DNA of 64,000 nt, taken from NCBI GenBank assembly GCA_963664395.2, contig OY761159.2, positions 3,072,001-3,136,000 of the forward strand. The letters are read 5' to 3'. Source of the DNA: Candidatus Binatia bacterium (GTDB lineage: Bacteria > Desulfobacterota > Binatia > Bin18). The notes under the pieces are model-generated. The model made no database searches and was not told where the DNA came from. It saw nothing but the letters and a program-made list of their open reading frames with translations. Both the position numbers and the translations under genes were made by a program. Positions 40,358 to 50,508 of the stretch are shown here, one piece after another; position 1 is the first letter of the stretch, and each line of letters begins with the position of its first letter.

Positions 40358-41590
40358 TTACTTGTAGCGAGGGAGCAATTTCTTGCCGAAGGTTTCGACT
40401 TGGCGTTTGACCTCGTCGAGCGGCAGGAAGCCTTGATCGCCCTGCCAGATAAACCATTCCGGGTTGATGTTCTCGACCATGGCGTCCAGGCTGCGCTGCA
40501 CATCGTCGACACTGCCAAGATAGGCAAAGTCGGCGCGCTCCATGCGCGGAATTGTGCACTCTTCCACAGGCAGCATGACTTGGCCGCTTGGATATTTTAC
40601 TTCGTCTTCCGGCTCCCGCCAGGCTTCAAAAAAGCCGAAGTGATAAAAGAAGTTCCGGAAGGCAGCGCCGCAAATCCCATCCTCTGCCAACCTGCGGGCC
40701 TGCTCTTTATTCTCAGCCAAATACATGGCGTGGACGACTCCCACGTTCTCACCCAACTGGACATCTCGGCCAGCCCGATGCGCTTCCGCGTGGTAGGCCT
40801 CAACCAGCTTACGGACTTTGGGCGGTTGCGAGATGAGAATGGTTGGTGTGATGCCTTCACGCGCACACCAGCGCACGGTCTCTTCACTGGCTGAGAATGC
40901 CTGAAACAGCGGCGGATGCGGGCGTTGAAACGGTTTGGGGATGACGTTGATCTTCTGGATACGACCCTGCTCATCAACTTCACCGGGAAAGCCAGCCTCG
41001 CGCGTCCATTCATGCGCCTGCCATGGCGTGCCTTCCTGCGGAGAAGGGTATTCGTAGTATTTGCCCTTAAAGCGAAACGGTTCATCGCCCCAGGCCAGTT
41101 TGAGGAACTGAAAGACCTCTTCAAATGCTTCCCGGTTAATACGGTCCGACTCGCTGTGGTCACTCAGCGTCGCGCCGACGTGAATCTTTTGCGCCATTTG
41201 GTTAAGCCAACGCGACTGATAGCCGCGCGCGAAGCCAACAAACGTCCGGCCCTTGGTGAGTTGATCGAGCCAGGCAATTTCGAGCGCCAGGCGGAGCGGG
41301 TTCCAGCCAGGGAGTACATAGCCGACCGGACCGACTTTGATGCGTTTAGTGTTATGAATCACATGCTGGGTCAGGACCGGCAGGCTGCCGATTTCAATGC
41401 CTTCGCTATGCAGGTGATGCTCAGGAAAACACACGGCATCAAAACCAACCTCTTCTGCCAACTGGCTGACTTCGACCACCTCGTCTATCATGCGCTGCCA
41501 GCGATCAGGGTGACTGGCAATCGGCCGCAGGGTGCGGCGCTCTTCCATAGTGGCCGGCAGGGTCGGCAGAAAAAAATACATGAATTTCAT
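40358..41590 (-). CDS. LLM-class flavin-dependent oxidoreductase
   Basis: GFDAVCFPEHH, PLRLALEIAWLD, GFARGY and PKPFQRPHPP motifs. Confidence 0.92.
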   Translation of the reverse strand: MKFMYFFLPTLPATMEERRTLRPIASHPDRWQRMIDEVVEVSQLAEEVGFDAVCFPEHHLHSEGIEIGSLPVLTQHVIHNTKRIKVGPVGYVLPGWNPLRLALEIAWLDQLTKGRTFVGFARGYQSRWLNQMAQKIHVGATLSDHSESDRINREAFEEVFQFLKLAWGDEPFRFKGKYYEYPSPQEGTPWQAHEWTREAGFPGEVDEQGRIQKINVIPKPFQRPHPPLFQAFSASEETVRWCAREGITPTILISQPPKVRKLVEAYHAEAHRAGRDVQLGENVGVVHAMYLAENKEQARRLAEDGICGAAFRNFFYHFGFFEAWREPEDEVKYPSGQVMLPVEECTIPRMERADFAYLGSVDDVQRSLDAMVENINPEWFIWQGDQGFLPLDEVKRQVETFGKKLLPRYK

Positions 41591-41669
41591 GCGCTCTCCT
41601 CTTTGTTGGCGAGGTGGTGTTAGTGCGTCTGAATTTTCACGACAAAACCTTCCGGCAGCTCACGCTGAC

Positions 41670-42821
41670 TTATACGTTCAGTCCATAAAAACGGATGGCA
41701 TTCTCGCCCAGCACTTTGCGTTGGTCTGCCTGGGGTAACGGCGCAATGCGTTCCTTGAGCTCTTTGACCACCCCAAAGTCCGCATCAATATGCGGATAGT
41801 CTGATGCCCACAGAAAATAGTCGGCGCCAATATGCTCGATGACCTTGGCGGTCAGCGTCTCATCCGGGTCTGCCGATACCAGGCATTGGCGGTAGAAATA
41901 CTCACTTGGCAGCATCTTGAGACTGGTCCGACTGGCCATGGGGCGATATTTGTGATCCAGCCGATCCAGCCAGGCGGAGATCCAGTTGGCGCCAGACTCC
42001 AACACGCTACATTTCAGACGCGGGTACTTCTCAAACATGCCGAGCGACATCATCTGGGTGAAGGCGGCCATGACATCAATGGCCAGAAAGGCAAAATTGA
42101 ACAAGCCAAAATCTGCGCCTGGTCTGATCCACTCTCGAAACGAGGGCTTATCGCGTACGACGACATGAAAGCCGATTGGCAGCTCTAAATCCTGCACCGT
42201 CTCCCAAAAACGGACAAATGCCGGATCATCAAAATGCTTACCGCCCCGCGCCGGCATATCCGGCGACAGGTACACGCCCACACAGCCGTTTTCTTTGGCC
42301 CATTTGGTTTCTTCGACCGCACCTTCCGGGTCAAGGAGCGAAATATGAGCAATGGGAAAGAGTCGTGTGGGGTGGTCGCTGCAGAAGTCGATGATCCACC
42401 GGTTATAGGCGCGGGTATAGGCCGAGGCGAGTGCGGCTTCATTGATCCAGCCTTCCCAGAATATCCCAATAGTCGGATACAACAGGGCAGCATCAATCTG
42501 CTCCTCATCCATAACCTTGATGCGGGCAGTCGGGTCGTAACTGCCTGGGGGGGCACCATCCGCATACGTCCGTTCGCCTGGGGTGAAGAAGGCTGCGAGT
42601 TCTTCGGTATCGGAACCAACACCGCCAATTGCGCCGAGCGTGCCCCGCACGGTCTCGCACGGCTTATTGTCGAATAACAACACCTCCCAGCCATTCTCAT
42701 CGTGATCCAGGCGCACGGCCCGGTCGCGGTATTTGGGGTCAATGTATTTTTGCCAGGTATCCAAAGGCTCCAGGACATGCCCGTCTGCATCGACAATCGG
42801 TCCACCCTTCGATGTGCTCAT
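41670..42821 (-). CDS. Amidohydrolase family protein (Amidohydro_2)
   Basis: VDADGHVLEP, PIGFH, LESGANW and WASDYPH motifs. Confidence 0.92.
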   Translation of the reverse strand: MSTSKGGPIVDADGHVLEPLDTWQKYIDPKYRDRAVRLDHDENGWEVLLFDNKPCETVRGTLGAIGGVGSDTEELAAFFTPGERTYADGAPPGSYDPTARIKVMDEEQIDAALLYPTIGIFWEGWINEAALASAYTRAYNRWIIDFCSDHPTRLFPIAHISLLDPEGAVEETKWAKENGCVGVYLSPDMPARGGKHFDDPAFVRFWETVQDLELPIGFHVVVRDKPSFREWIRPGADFGLFNFAFLAIDVMAAFTQMMSLGMFEKYPRLKCSVLESGANWISAWLDRLDHKYRPMASRTSLKMLPSEYFYRQCLVSADPDETLTAKVIEHIGADYFLWASDYPHIDADFGVVKELKERIAPLPQADQRKVLGENAIRFYGLNV

Positions 42822-42884
42822 CTGTTTCCTCCTTCTTTCAGTCTCGTCATAAGCGATTCAGTCGCAGCGAAACTGTTTCCTTAA

Positions 42885-45800
42885 CTATGTCTCCGCCCGA
42901 ATCTGCTCGTACACCTCTTTCAGCATATGGGTGCTGACCGCCTCGCGGAAGCTGTCCTCGTTCATAAACTTGGCGGTAATCGTTTCGTTTTGCTCCATGC
43001 GTTCAAAAAAGATGCCTTTGAGCGCCTTCTGGAAGACGAAGTCGAAATTTTCCAGCGTGTTTGCCCGAGCGGCCTGGCGCAGTTCATCACTACTCACGGC
43101 ATCCTCGCGGATGGACTCAAAGAAGAGTTGATCGCCAGGCTTAAACTCGGTACCGAAGCGGTCGTTCAAAATGTCGATGAGCATGGAAAGCTCAACTTTA
43201 TCCTCATGCGCTGTTCCAGTGCCCACATCTGTGGGGCCGGAGACGGGCTCTTGCTGTCCGGCATCCAGCGCAATCGAGCCTTCACTGATCTTTTGAAGAC
43301 GGAAGAACTTCAAGGCGACTTCATCATCGAAGTTGTAGACCGGCCCCCGGTCGCCCCTGGGCAGCTTGGTGAGTAGCAACCGGATATAGGAATACCGTTT
43401 CTCCAGGTCTGAGTCCTGGAACGGGATCACCTGGGCCATGAAGGCGTACAGATTCCGGAACGCGGTCAACTCCTTACGAAACTCCTCCCGAACGTCTTCT
43501 TCCAGTGCATTGAATCGTCCGACCGCGGGGTCGATACAGGCATTCAGGCGGGCGTGGTCCACAGGGGTCTGGTTGCGCTTCGGCTTGTAGAAGACACGGC
43601 AGAACTCTTCGACCTCCGCCTGGTAATAGACCTGACGCGCGTCGAGCTTCGCCTGGAGTTCATAGAGTTGCCGCACTTCCACCTGCTCGCCGATGACTGC
43701 CTGCTCGTAGTAGGGCTGGAAGGCGTCGCGAACTTCATCGGTCTCGTTTATAAAGTCGAGGACAAAGGTCTCTTCCTTGCCGGGCGCCGTGCGGTTGAGG
43801 CGTGACAGCGTTTGCACGGCCTGAATACCGGCGAGGCGCTTGTCTACATACATGGTGTGCAGGAGTGGCTGGTTGAAACCGGTCTGATATTTCTCAGCGA
43901 CGATCAGGATTTGGTACTCGTCTTTGCCGAACCGTTCCGGCAACTCCTTTTCCTTGATGTGTTTACCCTTATCGTCCACGTTCATCCCGACTTCGGTATA
44001 CTCCACGCCGGGCACGTCGGGGTCCGTGACTGTGCCGCTGAAGGCCACCAGCGTCTTGATGTCCTGATAGCCCTTGTCCGCAATATACGCATCGAAGGAC
44101 AGCTTATACTTGACGGCATGCAGGCGGCTAGCGGTAACCACCATGGCCTTGGCCCTGCCGCCGATCTTATGCCTGGTGAAGTGTCGGAAATGTTCGATCA
44201 TAACCTCTGTCTTCTGTGCCATGTTGTGCGGATGCAGGCTCATGAAGCGGGCCAGCGCTCGCGCAGCCTTACGCTTATCCACCTTGGGGTCGTCTTCAAT
44301 GGATTTGATCAGACGGTAGTAGGTTTTATAGGTCGTGTAGTTCTGGAGCACGTCGAGGATGAAGCCTTCGTCAATGGCCTGCCGCATGCTGTACAGGTGG
44401 AAGGGCTCGGGTTTGCCGTCTGCGCCGGGTTGGCCGAAGACTTTCAGGGTTTTGTACTTGGGCGTGGCAGTGAACGCGAAAAAGCTGATATTGGGCTGCT
44501 TACCGCGCTTGAGCATGGTCTTGACGATCTCTTCTTCATGATCAAGAAGCCCGTGCTGCTTCCTGTATTCCTGGGCCGCTTCCTTCACATGAGCTTCGGC
44601 AAGGACACCCTTCATCTCGGTTGCCGTCTCTCCGCCCTGGGAGCTGTGCGCTTCGTCGATGATGACGGCGTACTTCCTCTTGCCCAGCCCACCCATTTTC
44701 TCGGTTGCATAGGGAAACTTCTGCAAGGTGGTGATGATGATGGGTACGCCCTTTGAGAGCGCATCGGCGAGTTGAGCCGAGTTGGTGTCAATCTTCTGTA
44801 CGACGCCTTGTTTGTGTTCAAACTGGTAGATGGTGTTCTGGAGTTGCTGGTCAAGAACTACGCGGTCGGTCACGACGATGACCGAGTCGTAGACTTTCTC
44901 GTCTTTATCCGTGTAGAGCGTTGCCAAGCGGTGAGCGAGCCAGGCGATGGAATTGGATTTGCCGCTGCCGGCTGAATGCTGGACGAGGTAGTTGTTACCG
45001 GTTCCGTTATCGCGGGCGTGGCGAACCATCTCACGCACGCAATCGAGTTGGTGATAGCGGGGGAAGATCATCGTTTCTCGCTTGACCCGCTTTCCATTGA
45101 TATTCTTTTCGTCAACTTGAAGGTGGATGAAGCGGTGCAGGATATCGAGGAGGCTATGCCGTTCCAACATACGCTCCCAAAGATAGGCAGTCTTATACCC
45201 GTCCGGGTTGTCCGGGTTGCCCGCCCCACCACGGCCCCGGTTAAAGGGCAGAAACCGGGTATTCTTCCCGTCGAGGTGGGTAGTCATATGGACCTCGTCA
45301 GTATCCACCGCAAAGTGGACGAGCGCGCGTTTTTTGAACTGGAGGAGCAGGTCGGTGGGGTCGCGGTCGGTCTTATACTGATGAATGGCATTGCGCCACG
45401 TCTGTCCGGTCATGGGGTTCTTGAGTTCCAGCGTGGCGACCGGGATGCCGTTCAGCGCCAGCGTCACATCGAGCGTGTTGTTGTGCTTGGGCGAATAGGG
45501 TAACTGCCGGATGACAGCGAGATCGTTGGCTTGGTAAAGCGCCTGCGTTTCGGGGTTCATCCCACTGGCCGGCGCAAAATATGCGACCCGAAACAGTTTG
45601 CCGAAACACTTGAAGCCGTGGCGCAGCACGGCAAGACAGCCTTCGTGGTCCGAATCCAGCGCCCGGCACAACGCGTCGAGCAGCGTGGTTTCAGCGCTGT
45701 CCTTCTGGATGTCTGCCAGGTACTTCCATTCCTTGGGCTGTGATTGCTTGATGAAGGCCAAAACGTCCTGGGCAAAAATGCCCCGATCCAGGTCGAAGGC

Positions 45801-45890
45801 GTCACGTCCGCCCGTGCGGTAGCCGCCCGTGGTGGTCAGAGAGTGTTCAATGGCGGTTTCAAAGGCGTGTTCGGTGTGTTGGCAGGGCAT
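42885..45890 (-). CDS. hsdR: Type I restriction endonuclease subunit R
   Basis: D...NGIPVATLELKN nuclease motif, HSAGSGKS, IIDEAH, FTATP and QTLSRLNR; start overlaps the hsdS stop (TGATG). Confidence 0.96.
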   Translation of the reverse strand: MPCQHTEHAFETAIEHSLTTTGGYRTGGRDAFDLDRGIFAQDVLAFIKQSQPKEWKYLADIQKDSAETTLLDALCRALDSDHEGCLAVLRHGFKCFGKLFRVAYFAPASGMNPETQALYQANDLAVIRQLPYSPKHNNTLDVTLALNGIPVATLELKNPMTGQTWRNAIHQYKTDRDPTDLLLQFKKRALVHFAVDTDEVHMTTHLDGKNTRFLPFNRGRGGAGNPDNPDGYKTAYLWERMLERHSLLDILHRFIHLQVDEKNINGKRVKRETMIFPRYHQLDCVREMVRHARDNGTGNNYLVQHSAGSGKSNSIAWLAHRLATLYTDKDEKVYDSVIVVTDRVVLDQQLQNTIYQFEHKQGVVQKIDTNSAQLADALSKGVPIIITTLQKFPYATEKMGGLGKRKYAVIIDEAHSSQGGETATEMKGVLAEAHVKEAAQEYRKQHGLLDHEEEIVKTMLKRGKQPNISFFAFTATPKYKTLKVFGQPGADGKPEPFHLYSMRQAIDEGFILDVLQNYTTYKTYYRLIKSIEDDPKVDKRKAARALARFMSLHPHNMAQKTEVMIEHFRHFTRHKIGGRAKAMVVTASRLHAVKYKLSFDAYIADKGYQDIKTLVAFSGTVTDPDVPGVEYTEVGMNVDDKGKHIKEKELPERFGKDEYQILIVAEKYQTGFNQPLLHTMYVDKRLAGIQAVQTLSRLNRTAPGKEETFVLDFINETDEVRDAFQPYYEQAVIGEQVEVRQLYELQAKLDARQVYYQAEVEEFCRVFYKPKRNQTPVDHARLNACIDPAVGRFNALEEDVREEFRKELTAFRNLYAFMAQVIPFQDSDLEKRYSYIRLLLTKLPRGDRGPVYNFDDEVALKFFRLQKISEGSIALDAGQQEPVSGPTDVGTGTAHEDKVELSMLIDILNDRFGTEFKPGDQLFFESIREDAVSSDELRQAARANTLENFDFVFQKALKGIFFERMEQNETITAKFMNEDSFREAVSTHMLKEVYEQIRAET

Positions 45891-47152
45891 CAGGCAGCTT
45901 CCTTGCAAACGTCGATTTTGCCGGTGACCGTGGCGGAGATGAGGGAGGTGCGGTATTCTTGTAGAAGTTGTATTGCTCTCTCAATAATTGGCACAATACG
46001 GCGCTCAAAATACACATGAGCAGAGACACGTGATTGAGTCTCCAGAGGCGGCACTGGAATAGATTCTTTCAATAGTGTGCCTGCATTAAGTGGACGATTA
46101 CGGCCTGCTGCACCTCGGGAGTGTTCGTTCAGTAAAAAGTCTCCGGTCTTCGTAGTAAGGAAGGCGAACAAGTATGCCGTCTCCATCATCCCAGGTTTCC
46201 CGCGAAGAATTGGGTAGCGGTGCGTAGCTACGCAACCTTTGTCTTTCTCGCGGGTAAGAGCGACAGCACCTTCCCAAGCGAATTGTCCGCTAAGAATCAG
46301 GTCATCAGAATCTAGCCAGAAAAAGCTGGAGTCACCAAGTTCGGCCCCTGCGGTTGGCTCCTTGTGAAAGATTCCTCGCCCCCAGTTATATAAGCCAACA
46401 GGGGTGTATGTATCATCGTCTTTTCTCGGAATAGGGCGAAAGATTTGATCTGCAACATGCCCTATACGCATGGTGCGGGTTGATGAATTGTGGATAGCGT
46501 CGTGGATGAGGGCTGTGCGTTTTTCTTGAAGCAGTTCAATTTGTCGTTGCTTCTTTTCGATTAGGGAGTCAATTCGTGTGGTTTCGCGGTCGAGGTAAGC
46601 GGCGATGCGTTGCTGTTCATCCTCATCGGGGTAAGCAAAACATTCCGATAGGTATGAATTTTGATCTAAGTTCTGGATTCCGGTTGTCTGTTTTATATGC
46701 TTGTAATTGATACGGATTGTATAAAGGTATGCATTGAAATAAACCAAATATCGACTACTGAACCCTTCATGAATTCTCAATCTTGCAATGAAGTTGGAGC
46801 AAACTGCCGGAAGGCTGTATTCAAAGGATACAACTTGACCGACTAGCTGTTTCTCCCCTCCACCAGATTTTTCCAGCAATAAATCTCCCGGGATAAGGTT
46901 GCGCGCTCGAAAGTCGGACTGAGCGATCTTCCTTTCTGTCCGACCTTTCAAGCTTACTCGATAATTATGACGTAGAAAATCCGCGACTCGAATGCAGGCT
47001 GTATCGTTTATACCGTCTGGGTCAGAACCCCAAACTCCGTTTGTGCAGCTTGCTATGGCATCTTTTATTTTTCCTATTCGCCAATGGTCTGGGATATTCC
47101 CCAGCCATTCGATGCCGGAAGGTATGTAAGCGGGATAGCTGCACCGATTCAT
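45890..47152 (-). CDS. hsdS: Type I R-M specificity subunit S
   Basis: SGIEWLGNIPDHW, EQQRIAAYLD and RTSLISATVTGKIDV; two AT-richer TRDs. Confidence 0.94.
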   Translation of the reverse strand: MNRCSYPAYIPSGIEWLGNIPDHWRIGKIKDAIASCTNGVWGSDPDGINDTACIRVADFLRHNYRVSLKGRTERKIAQSDFRARNLIPGDLLLEKSGGGEKQLVGQVVSFEYSLPAVCSNFIARLRIHEGFSSRYLVYFNAYLYTIRINYKHIKQTTGIQNLDQNSYLSECFAYPDEDEQQRIAAYLDRETTRIDSLIEKKQRQIELLQEKRTALIHDAIHNSSTRTMRIGHVADQIFRPIPRKDDDTYTPVGLYNWGRGIFHKEPTAGAELGDSSFFWLDSDDLILSGQFAWEGAVALTREKDKGCVATHRYPILRGKPGMMETAYLFAFLTTKTGDFLLNEHSRGAAGRNRPLNAGTLLKESIPVPPLETQSRVSAHVYFERRIVPIIERAIQLLQEYRTSLISATVTGKIDVCKEAA

Positions 47153-47221
47153 TCGTGGTTCTCTCCGTCCCTAATGGTATGCCAGGATATGGTATGACCG
47201 TCCTAGTCACCACCCCGCCCA

Positions 47222-47247
47222 GGGCAACCACGGGGGGTTGCCCCTAC
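47222..47247 (-). repeat. GTAG-type REP sequence
   Basis: GGGCAACCACGGGGGGTTGCCCCTAC, the reverse complement of GTAG plus an imperfect palindrome. Confidence 0.85.
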
Positions 47248-47284
47248 ATGGGAATTGCGGGACGGGGGACGATGAGTAGGTATT

Positions 47285-47956
47285 TCATACCATCCATTCC
47301 TCCACGGCATATTCCGCCGTGTGCTCCCAGACCTTATTGGCCGGTCCCGACGGTGGATGGTACAAACGGTCTAATTCCCATTTTGCCGGATTCGTGCTGA
47401 TGTATTCACGAATGCGGTGTAATTCCCGTTCGTTGCGGACAACGTGTTCCCAATAATTGCGCTGCCATAATCGGCCAGGAAACGGTTTCCACCCGTGGTG
47501 TTTGACGCCATCCGCATATCGTTTCGTGGTCAACGTTTTCAACCGATGCACCACATCCGGCAACGCCATTGTAGGGGCAACCCCCTGTGGTTGCCCGGCG
47601 GGGGGCGGTTGTTCTCGGGGCATACGGTGGGGCGGGCAGGCACGGGGGCCTGCCCCTACATGGAGCGGGGGCGGTCCCGTATCGGGTGGTCGAATGGTGA
47701 TGGTGCCGTGAATGTGGTTTGGCATAATGATGAATGTGTCTGTTTCAATGCCGGGGTAATTTATCGGCAACTCATCCCATACACCCTGCACCATCTGCCC
47801 TGCATCGTTCAACACCATTTCACCCTCCACAATATCGCCAAACAGACATTCGTGGTTTTGAGTGCAGATAGTGACAAAATACGCTCCTGGCTGTGAATAA
47901 TCGTAGCCCTGCAAACGGATGGAACGACGGTGATGTTTGGCCTGACCGTGTGTCAT
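47285..47956 (-). mobile_element. REP-associated tyrosine transposase (RAYT, IS200/IS605 Y1 superfamily)
   Basis: HRRSIRL, IMPNHIHG (HUH), LWQRNYWEHVVR and REYISTNP (catalytic Tyr); associated GTAG REPs. Confidence 0.93.
47571..47659. repeat. Intragenic inverted REP doublet (REPIN-like)
   Basis: GTAGGGGCAACCCCCTGTGGTTGCCC (47571-47596) and GGGCAGGCACGGGGGCCTGCCCCTAC (47634-47659). Confidence 0.88.
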
Positions 47957-48027
47957 TCAATCCCTTGCTCGATGTTGCCAACCACGTGTTTCGGCTAATC
48001 TCTTACGGAATAGAAGCGTGTCAGGAG

Positions 48028-50457
48028 TCATGCCTGACTTTCTCTCATCCGCTGAATCTGTGTTCCTATCCAATCCCAGTCTTCCGCATTATCAAGGTTC
48101 AACATGCATGAGTCGTTGGTATCAGTCTCCATGTTCAGCGCGTGCCACCCACCGACATGGTTTCCGAGATCAACTCGCAACGAGACTTCGTTCCGCTTGA
48201 GCGACCATTCCACCTGAACGCCCCCCTCTTCTGTTGGATATAGGTATGGGAGCGGCAGATTTTCGGGATAATGATCGTTGAATACTCGTGAGAGCCAATC
48301 CAACCCCTCGTGCGGTGGCGCCAACCCATTGCCCTCAAGCCAGCCGTTTTTCATCAAGCGTAAATCATCCAGTCGTGCGGAGATGTCCAAGGGATCATGA
48401 ATGTTCACGTGCTCGGCAGTCTCTTCGGTCCGTTCCTCTTCTGTCACCTCTACCAACATTGCAGCGATTTCAGATTCGATCTTTTTCAGGTCACCTTCAA
48501 TCTCATCCAACGGGCGCGGTGGCTGATACGTGTAGAAATAGCGGTTGAAGTTGATCTCGTAGCCAATCTTGGTCTTCGATTCGTCCATCCAGGCATCGGG
48601 TACGTGTGGCAGGACTTCCCGTTCCATGTACGCTGTCACGTCTTCTTTGAGCAGCACGTTTTCGTAGTCGCGCAGTTCCGGGTCCGGTTCCGGGTTGCCC
48701 TTGGGGTCGAGGCATATGTCCGCGGTCTCGTCCCGCTCGGCCAGCGCGCCAAGGATCACCTTGGTGAGCGCGGTTGGGATTTTCAACCTGGCGTCCTTGA
48801 AGCAAGCGTTCATTAGGCCAGCGAACTCGTCTCGGTTTCTGATTACGCCTTTCGTCGCCAAGCCGTCTAGCGCGGACAGGATGGACTTTTGAAGTTTCAG
48901 GCCCGCCGCAATCTCGGCCTGAGCAGCCTTGCTATCTTTACGTTTCTTGCTGGTCGCCAGTTTTTGAAAGGCTGGCGTCTGCTTCAGACGTTCGAGGCGC
49001 TCTTCGTCCACGGTAAAATTCTGTCTCAGTGGCCGCTCGACGGCGATGCGCCGATAACCGAAGTCTGTATTATCAAATACTCGAACGTGCTCCCCTTCGG
49101 TCAGAGCACCGTACAGTCGTGTAATGGCGTCGCGCTGTTCGGCGGAGACTTCGTTGCGCTTGTTGCCCAGGGACTTCCGCATTTTCTTGAAAAAACTCGT
49201 CGCGTTTACGAGCTGAATCCTGCCCTTACGGCCGGCAGCTTTGCGGTTGGTTACAATCCACAGGTAGGTGTAAATACCGGTGTTGTAGAAGAGTTGGCCA
49301 GGCAGGGCGACGATGGCTTCAAGCCAGTCGTTCTCAATAATCCAGCGCCGGATTTCGCTCTCACCCGAACCGGCACTGCCGGTAAAGAGCGGCGAGCCGT
49401 TGAAGACGATGGCCAGGCGCGTCCCGCCGTTTTCGGGTGATTTCATCTTGCTGAGCATGTGTTGCAGGAACAACAGCGACCCGTCGTTGATGCGCGGGAG
49501 CCCTGCACCGAAACGCCCGCCGAATCCCTGTTCCTCGTGTTCGATTTTGATGTGGTCGGCTTCGGGCTTCCACTCCACGCCAAAAGGTGGATTGGCGAGC
49601 ATGTAGTCGAACGTTTTTCCGACAAAGTGGTCATTGGTAAAGCTGTCGCCAAGGGCAAGATGGTCAATGTCCTGGCCCTTGATCATCATGTCCGACCCGC
49701 ACACGGCAAAGGACTGGTCGTTGTAGTCCTGGCCGAAGGCTTCAAGCCGGGCGTCCGGGTTGAGTTCCCGCAGGTACTCCTCGGAGACGGACAGCATACC
49801 GCCGGTGCCGCAGGCTGGGTCGAGTAAGGTTTTCACGATGCCCCTGGTCGTCAGCACATCGCCGTCGGGCAGGAAGAGCAAATTCACCATGAGGCGGATC
49901 ACTTCGCGCGGCGTAAAATGGTCGCCGGCTTTCTCATTCGCCACTTCATTGAACCTGCGGATCAACTCTTCGAAGATGTAGCCCATCTCGACGTTCGAGA
50001 CGGTATCGGGATGCAGATCAATTTCACAAAACTTGGAGACGATCAAATAGAGGCGGTCTGCTTTGTCTTTGTCGAGCTTTGCGATCTCCTCCTCAAAACC
50101 GAAGTGCCCGATAATGCCGAGGGCACGCGCCGAGAAACCCTTAATATAATTGGTCAGGTTCGCGGCGATGTTATCGGGGTCACCCTTGAGTTTTTCAAAA
50201 GTGTAGCGGCTGGTGTTGTAGAATGGGACACCCGTGATGTGGGTCAGCTTTGCTTCGAGGATACCCTTCCCCTTGTCTGCCCATTGCTTCTCTGCTTTAA
50301 GCACAGCGTCCTTGGTCGGCTCCAACACGCAGTCGAGCCGCCGCAGGACGGTCAGCGGAAGCATGACGTCTTTGTATTGATTCGGATGATATGGGCCACG
50401 CAGGAGATTGGCGACCGACCAGATGAAGCTGGTTTTTTCGCTAAAGTTATCGGCCAC
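48028..50457 (-). CDS. hsdM: Type I R-M methyltransferase subunit M with a C-terminal extra domain
   Basis: HFTPREVI, DPACGTGGM, ANPPF (m6A), FYNTGI and IGYEINFNRYFY motifs. Confidence 0.96.
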   Translation of the reverse strand: MADNFSEKTSFIWSVANLLRGPYHPNQYKDVMLPLTVLRRLDCVLEPTKDAVLKAEKQWADKGKGILEAKLTHITGVPFYNTSRYTFEKLKGDPDNIAANLTNYIKGFSARALGIIGHFGFEEEIAKLDKDKADRLYLIVSKFCEIDLHPDTVSNVEMGYIFEELIRRFNEVANEKAGDHFTPREVIRLMVNLLFLPDGDVLTTRGIVKTLLDPACGTGGMLSVSEEYLRELNPDARLEAFGQDYNDQSFAVCGSDMMIKGQDIDHLALGDSFTNDHFVGKTFDYMLANPPFGVEWKPEADHIKIEHEEQGFGGRFGAGLPRINDGSLLFLQHMLSKMKSPENGGTRLAIVFNGSPLFTGSAGSGESEIRRWIIENDWLEAIVALPGQLFYNTGIYTYLWIVTNRKAAGRKGRIQLVNATSFFKKMRKSLGNKRNEVSAEQRDAITRLYGALTEGEHVRVFDNTDFGYRRIAVERPLRQNFTVDEERLERLKQTPAFQKLATSKKRKDSKAAQAEIAAGLKLQKSILSALDGLATKGVIRNRDEFAGLMNACFKDARLKIPTALTKVILGALAERDETADICLDPKGNPEPDPELRDYENVLLKEDVTAYMEREVLPHVPDAWMDESKTKIGYEINFNRYFYTYQPPRPLDEIEGDLKKIESEIAAMLVEVTEEERTEETAEHVNIHDPLDISARLDDLRLMKNGWLEGNGLAPPHEGLDWLSRVFNDHYPENLPLPYLYPTEEGGVQVEWSLKRNEVSLRVDLGNHVGGWHALNMETDTNDSCMLNLDNAEDWDWIGTQIQRMRESQA

Positions 50458-50508
50458 GGTTATGCTCCCTTGATTGTCATAAGCGAAGGTTCGACGGCTC
50501 AGCCGCAG

